DNA of 64,000 bases from contig CBDAON010000004.1 in NCBI GenBank assembly GCA_965198065.1, positions 1,536,001 through 1,600,000 of the forward strand. Reading direction: 5' to 3'. Positions 59,801 through 64,000 of this stretch are shown in pieces. The stretch is from Longimicrobiales bacterium (lineage in GTDB: Bacteria > Gemmatimonadota > Gemmatimonadetes > Longimicrobiales > Gaopeijiaceae). The position numbers were made by a program, and so were the translations under genes. Below the pieces are notes generated by a model, which did no database searches, was not told where the DNA came from, and saw only the letters and a list, made by a program, of their open reading frames with translations. Numbering within the stretch: position 1 is the stretch's first letter; the number at the start of each line of letters is the position of its first letter.

Positions 59801-59938
59801 GAGCGCCTCTACCGGGAGCTCGCGAAGGCTCGCACCGCTCGGGCCACGCTGCGCCACTTCGAGCGCGAGGGCCGCACGGAGGACTTCGAGCGTGAGGCCA
59901 GGGACCCCGAACAGGCGGAGCTCCGGGCACAGGCAACC

Positions 59939-60418
59939 CCTCGTGTACGCTGCCCGGAGGCCCTCCTGGAGCGCCGACGGCGTAGCTACGGCCGCTGCGA
60001 CCCTACGGCCGCTCTGGAACTGGAGGTCGTCCACAGTCGAGAGGTCGAGCGGGTCCTCCATGGCGACGAGGAGCGAGCGCCCGGTGAGGCGCAGGGGGAG
60101 TACCCTTCGCCTGCGCGCGAACCCGGCGTTGACGAGCCTCAAGGCTTCGGCCCCGGGCCGGAGGGGCCCGGCCTCGAACGGAAGCCCGAGCTGCCTGGCC
60201 AGGGTGCTGGCGACCTCGTCCTCGCCAGCGACCCCGAGCCGGGCAATCACCGCGCCGAGCCGCTCTCCGGATTCGCGTTGCGCCGCGAGCGCCCGCTCGA
60301 GGTCGCGGGGCCGGAGTGTCCCCTCCTCGACGAGGAGCGCGCCCAGCACGCGCGTTTTCGAGTCGGCGGCGTCGGGGAGGGCGGTCCTGGGGGCCACGCC
60401 GGACGATAAGGACGCCAC
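59939..60418 (-). pseudogene. PilB/GspE ATPase, 5' part (MshEN / T2SSE_N domain)
   Basis: VLGALLVEEGTL...LERALAAQRESGERLGAVIARLG...LARQLG...VLPL...LVAMEDPLD..DDLQF.SGR..V..AT...LRAAY. Confidence 0.85.
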
Positions 60419-60569
60419 CGGAGCGGAAGGATGGGTCGATGGGTCGGTGGCGCTCCGGTCGGCGGTGTCCCCTGGGGGCGACGAGCCGGCTACGCCCGTC
60501 CAATCTCCGCCAGAACGCCGTCCCGACGTCGCCGCCCTGGAGTGGAGCTCGCGGGGCCGTCCGAGGGTG

Positions 60570-61127
60570 CTAGCTGGCCGGCCGCAGATCTATCGCAACG
60601 CGGACCGTAATGTGCCCGACATCGGCGCGCTCCCTCACCGCGTCCCGAAGTCGCTGCTCCATCTTCTTGTATGCTCCCATCACCCCGGAGCGGAGGTCTC
60701 CCCGGAGGATACGCAGAGCGTTGGCGTCCGGGCTGCTCGTCTTCGAGACCTTCCGGGTTTCGTCCAGACGGTCGGGCCGAATCTCGAACGGGCTGAGCCC
60801 GACGTCGTCGGGCCGATCATGGTCCAGGTACGAGACCGTGACGCTCACGTCTCCACGAGCGTGGTGGCTCGAGATGTCTCCAACGGTCTGGAACCTCTGT
60901 GCGAGGCGCCGCATCTCTAGACCGGACGCCGTTGCCACGTACGCCTTCTCGATGAGCCCGAAGATCCTGCGCAGGCGCTCGGCCGGCGTGGCGTCACCCG
61001 TCGGCACCTCCGTGCCGAGCTCGCGAGCCGCGGCCTCCCGCGCGAAGTCGTCTCGGCCCTCATCGTCCCGGCTGCGCTGGCGGTCGATGTGCTCGAGAAT
61101 GCGGTCCGGGTTCGTGCGAAAGCTCAT
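60570..61127 (-). CDS. Conserved hypothetical protein
   Basis: GGAG-like RBS and ATG 61127 (MSFRTNPDRILEHIDR...); coding-like composition; no family recognised. Confidence 0.7.
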   Translation of the reverse strand: MSFRTNPDRILEHIDRQRSRDDEGRDDFAREAAARELGTEVPTGDATPAERLRRIFGLIEKAYVATASGLEMRRLAQRFQTVGDISSHHARGDVSVTVSYLDHDRPDDVGLSPFEIRPDRLDETRKVSKTSSPDANALRILRGDLRSGVMGAYKKMEQRLRDAVRERADVGHITVRVAIDLRPAS

Positions 61128-61459
61128 GTACGACTCCACGCGGGCATGAGGGACGGGAGTGGGGTGGTGGAGGATAACCGCGCGTGCGGGAGGGGCCAAG
61201 AGCGCCGTGCCCGTGCCCCTGCTGAGCCCACGGGGCCGCCAACTCGGAGCTGCGGGAAGTGGGTCTTCCGGCGGAGACGCGGCCGACGGGTGGTCGGGCC
61301 TACCGGCCCCTTCCCGTCCGGGTCGTCAAGATCCTGGTGCTCCGGGTCCGCGCTTTCGAGCGCTGCGCGAGAGCCCGGCGGCATGGGTGCTGCGGCCCTG
61401 TTGTTCCTGGTCATCCCGGCGCTGATGCCCAAGAGCCAGGGCCACCCATGGTGAGCGGA

Positions 61460-61948
61460 TCAGCGTGGGCCGAAGATCAGGCTCGCCCGGCTGCCCTCCC
61501 CGATTCCCCTTGAGGAAAACCATGCCCGCGGGACCTCCAACGCGAACATTGCGGGGCGATCGGAAAAGTGGAAGTACTCCGACTGCGGGTCCATCTGGCT
61601 GATGTTGATGACCGTGAACGCCCGATCGAGGAACGCCACGTCGAGCGGGATCAACGTGTCCTTCATCCAGAACGAGCGAATGGCCTCGTCGGTCCAGACG
61701 AAGAGCATCCCCTCCCCTTCCGCCAACTGCTCGCGGTACATGAGGCCCTGCTGCCTCGCGTCCTCAGTGTCCGCCACCTCAGCCGTGACGGTGTCCGCGC
61801 CGAAGGCGACCCAGGCGTACCCCTGAGGTGGGAACGCGCCCGCGCCGTCGGTACCGGACGGCCCGTCGTCGCCGGCACAGGCGAGGACGGTGAGCGAGAG
61901 CAGGTGAGTGAAGAGCACGGAGCGTATCGGCACGGTCGCAGCCTCCAT
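61460..61948 (-). CDS. DUF192 family lipoprotein
   Basis: Lipobox VLAC; EVADT..RQQGLMYR..GMLFV..FWMKDTLIPLDVAF..ALEV. Confidence 0.9.
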   Translation of the reverse strand: MEAATVPIRSVLFTHLLSLTVLACAGDDGPSGTDGAGAFPPQGYAWVAFGADTVTAEVADTEDARQQGLMYREQLAEGEGMLFVWTDEAIRSFWMKDTLIPLDVAFLDRAFTVINISQMDPQSEYFHFSDRPAMFALEVPRAWFSSRGIGEGSRASLIFGPR

Positions 61949-62058
61949 GGGTTAATGCTAAGTTAGCCGGGCCGTACTGCAACTCGGCTCTGGGGCCCAT
62001 CCGCCCCCGGGTCTCCAGGTGACCGCGTGGCGGTTGACAGCGAAATGGGGTCTTCAAG

Positions 62059-62316
62059 ATGCTGGATCCGGAGCTCCTGGAAATCCTGGTTTGCCCGGAA
62101 ACAAAGGCCCGGGTGCACCTGGCGGACGACGCTCTCGTCGAGCGGGTCAACGGCGCGATCGACGGAGGCAACCTGACGAACCGAGGCGGTCTCAAGGTGG
62201 GGCAGCGGATCGATGGCGGCCTCGTCCGCGAAGATCGCAAGCTTCTCTACCCGATCATCGATGGGATCCCGGTGATGCTCATCGACCAGGCCCTGCCCCT
62301 CGAGGGCCTCGTCTAG
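62059..62316 (+). CDS. Trm112-like protein
   Basis: LLEILVCPETK...YPIIDGIPVML. Confidence 0.85.
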   Translation: MLDPELLEILVCPETKARVHLADDALVERVNGAIDGGNLTNRGGLKVGQRIDGGLVREDRKLLYPIIDGIPVMLIDQALPLEGLV

Positions 62317-62437
62317 CTACCTGCTGAAGCACGCGACGTTCCGGCACGCCCAGCGGAACGTTCGCCGTGGAGGGCAGCGGGCCGATGGTCGGTTCCGATC
62401 CTTCTCCTCACTCACCATCGGCGGGTGCTCCAGGAAC

Positions 62438-62566
62438 GGGGCCCTCATCATGTGGATCCCCGGTACGTTCGTTTTCTGGATGGCCATGACCGTCGTATTC
62501 TTCCGGTGGACGAAAGACGCGTACCGATCCTGGAAGGCCGACCCCGAAGCTCCGGCGCCCCTATGA
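62438..62566 (+). pseudogene. C-terminal remnant of caa3 assembly factor CtaG-like gene
   Basis: Manual translation GALIMWIPGTFVFWMAMTVVFFRW...* resembles the CtaG G.IMW.PG motif; stop overlaps the next ATG. Confidence 0.5.
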
Positions 62567-62778
62567 TGTCTCTCATCGTCTTTCACCGCGGCCTCATCGC
62601 GACGGCGATCGTCTTCTGCTTCGGCTACGCCGGTTGGGAGATCCTGTCGTTTACGCGGGGGGGCGGGGCGCTCCCGCTCGTGATCGGGTGTATCTTCGCA
62701 ATTCTCGGTGGGGCGCTCGGGTACTATCTGGCGCGTCTCACGTACTTCCTGGGATACGACTCGCGGGACGAGGGGTAG
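62563..62778 (+). CDS. Small two-TM membrane protein
   Basis: MMSLIVFHRGLIATAIVFCFGYAGW...YYLARL; hydrophobic. Confidence 0.6.
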   Translation: MMSLIVFHRGLIATAIVFCFGYAGWEILSFTRGGGALPLVIGCIFAILGGALGYYLARLTYFLGYDSRDEG

Positions 62779-62929
62779 CGCTCAAACGGTACGGTCGAAG
62801 GGATCGGTGGTGGGGGCCCATCACGGTCAGGCCGGCGATGAGGTTTTCGGCGAGCACCTCCACCGGCCCGAGGTGATCCCGCTCACCCAGGGCGCTGCGA
62901 AGCGATCGGCACCTGGGGCTCCGGGGTTC

Positions 62930-63139
62930 CTAGCTTGTTCGGTCGCGTGGCTCCTGACGGCGGGCGTTGAGATAGCGACGCAGCACGAAAATCCCGATCC
63001 CGACCGACAGTAGGATCGGAACGGCGGCCATCAGGAGACCGCCCCAGAACATGCCGGTCATCAGCGCGGCGTCCGCTTGCACGGCCTGGTCCACTGGTCC
63101 TCTCAGACTCCGGCCCGTCTGGCGTGCCGACCATCGCAA
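62930..63139 (-). CDS. Small membrane protein downstream of the cox genes (5' end uncertain)
   Basis: One TM (GMFWGGLLMAAVPILLSVGIGIFV). Confidence 0.4.
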   Translation of the reverse strand: MRWSARQTGRSLRGPVDQAVQADAALMTGMFWGGLLMAAVPILLSVGIGIFVLRRYLNARRQEPRDRTS

Positions 63140-63161
63140 TACGCGCCTGAGCGCTGGAAGG

Positions 63162-63437
63162 TCAGCGGAACTCCTGCATGACCACGAGGATCAGGATCGC
63201 GATCAGGGGGATCGGGACCGCAGCCAGGAGCCAGAGTCGCTTCTGCTCGAAGCGCAAGTGCATGTAGTAGAGTGCGACGAGGAGCGCGCTCGTTATCGAG
63301 ATGATCACGAGCAGCACGATGGCGAGCCACTTGAGCCCGATCGCAAGAGAGACCACAACCTTCCCCGCCATCAGGACCGCCAGAACCCCGAAGATGAGCA
63401 TGTAGGGCGGATGAACCGTCTTTTCACCCGTTTGCAT
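63162..63437 (-). CDS. ctaF: Cytochrome c oxidase subunit IV (prokaryotic)
   Basis: YMLIFGVLAVL...LVALYYMHLRFE; follows subunit III. Confidence 0.85.
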   Translation of the reverse strand: MQTGEKTVHPPYMLIFGVLAVLMAGKVVVSLAIGLKWLAIVLLVIISITSALLVALYYMHLRFEQKRLWLLAAVPIPLIAILILVVMQEFR

Positions 63438-63450
63438 GTGAGCTCCCCTC

Positions 63451-64000
63451 CTAGATCAGGTAGACGATGGTGAAGAGCACGATCCACACCAAGTCCACGA
63501 AGTGCCAATATAATCCCACGATCTCCACGGGGCCCAGCTTCCCCGAGCTGAATGCCCCCGTCCGGGCGCGAAGCAGCACCCCGGTCAGCGCGAACACGCC
63601 GATCGTCACGTGCGTCCCGTGGAAGCTCGTCATGAGGTAGAACGTGGAGCCGTACAACGGCCCGCCCTCCGCCGCGTATAGATCGACGACCGGAACGAAG
63701 CCCTCGCGTGCTAGGCCGACGTACTCGTACAGCTGGATCCCCACGAAGGCCGAGCCCATGATGATCGTAGCCAGGAGCCAGAACTGAAGCCCCTTCTGGT
63801 CGTCCTGCTGGATCGCGGCGTACGCCTTCACCATCGTCACCGAGGAGCAAATCAGCATGAAGGTGTTGAACGCCGTGAGCTCGATGGAGAGGACTGCCCC
63901 GGGCTCCGGGAACTGATCCGGGTGGGCGAAGCGCAGGATGATGTACGCCCCGATGAGGGAGGTGAAGAACATCACCTCGGACAAAAGGAAGATCCACATC
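63451..64000 (-). CDS. ctaE: Cytochrome c oxidase subunit III (5' end outside the window)
   Basis: MWIFLLSEVMFF, NTFMLICSS, TSFHGTHV, GLYWHFVDLVW. Confidence 0.95.
   Translation of the reverse strand, partial: MWIFLLSEVMFFTSLIGAYIILRFAHPDQFPEPGAVLSIELTAFNTFMLICSSVTMVKAYAAIQQDDQKGLQFWLLATIIMGSAFVGIQLYEYVGLAREGFVPVVDLYAAEGGPLYGSTFYLMTSFHGTHVTIGVFALTGVLLRARTGAFSSGKLGPVEIVGLYWHFVDLVWIVLFTIVYLI

Larger units (their letters stand above)
52172..59938 (+). mobile_element. Phage-derived insert (virion ejection / polyvalent-protein module), no integrase
   Basis: Three coupled + strand genes of phage character inside a minus-strand host gene whose two halves flank them; last gene truncated at the right junction. 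Boundaries approximate. Confidence 0.8.
53398..59938 (+). pseudogene. Large polyvalent phage protein (ParB-like, zeta-toxin-like kinase, HExxH, LPD38-like); +1 frameshift near 54360 and C-terminally truncated
   Basis: ORF 53398-54474 (DPWD repeats, G/A-rich helices) joins the frame of ORF 53966-60409: VVEAD...GPPIV...AGNGR (ParB-like), GPAGAGKT...IDAD..K...EY (zeta-like), GHEYGH...EGWAEF, IPKPFELG (LPD38-like). Confidence 0.75.

Noticed and set aside
52167..59943. CCTCG direct repeat as attL/attR of an excisable prophage
   Set aside because: Only 5 bp, excision would not restore the frame, and no recombinase gene is present. Kept only as possible microhomology.
59939..60409. C-terminal ~155 aa of the 2147-aa ORF
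   Set aside because: Read-through into the antisense strand of the MshEN-domain fragment; not part of the phage gene.
61150..61455. GC-rich intergenic region as an ncRNA or small gene
   Set aside because: No recognisable RNA family motif. Short hydrophobic peptide fragments suggest a decayed gene but cannot be assigned.

Overview
High-GC bacterial chromosome segment spanning the replication origin. Gene content and style suggest Gemmatimonadota (inference). It starts with dnaN(partial)<-oriC<-dnaA and the divergent rpmH-rnpA-yidD-yidC-mnmE-acyP-mnmG-parS/parS-parA-parB-M23-bactofilin-Nif3 block. Metabolic and housekeeping genes follow (lipA, lemA, lpdA, ispH, aguB/aguA, ilvA, fxsA, M42, ctaA, GAF, glcDEF-like, M20, OSBS/NAAAR, NtrY/NtrX-like pair, cytochrome c oxidase subunits III/IV). 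There are two foreign inserts. (1) A 2.58-kb IS1595-family element with 24-bp inverted repeats carries a Fic passenger gene. (2) A ~7.8-kb integrase-less phage fragment splits a MshEN-type PilB/GspE ATPase gene and encodes putative ejection proteins plus a large polyvalent protein with ParB-like, zeta-toxin-like, HExxH and LPD38-like regions. The most novel signal is an unannotated 55-codon gene nested in another frame inside the polyvalent gene, directly after the zeta-toxin domain. It has its own sigma70-like promoter and RBS and is a candidate overprinted antitoxin/immunity gene. oriC carries two inverted DnaA-trio arrays facing each other. About a dozen accessory genes are broken (nonsense codons, indels, deletions) while core genes are intact, which suggests ongoing genome decay. 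All family assignments come from motif recognition by eye, not from database searches.
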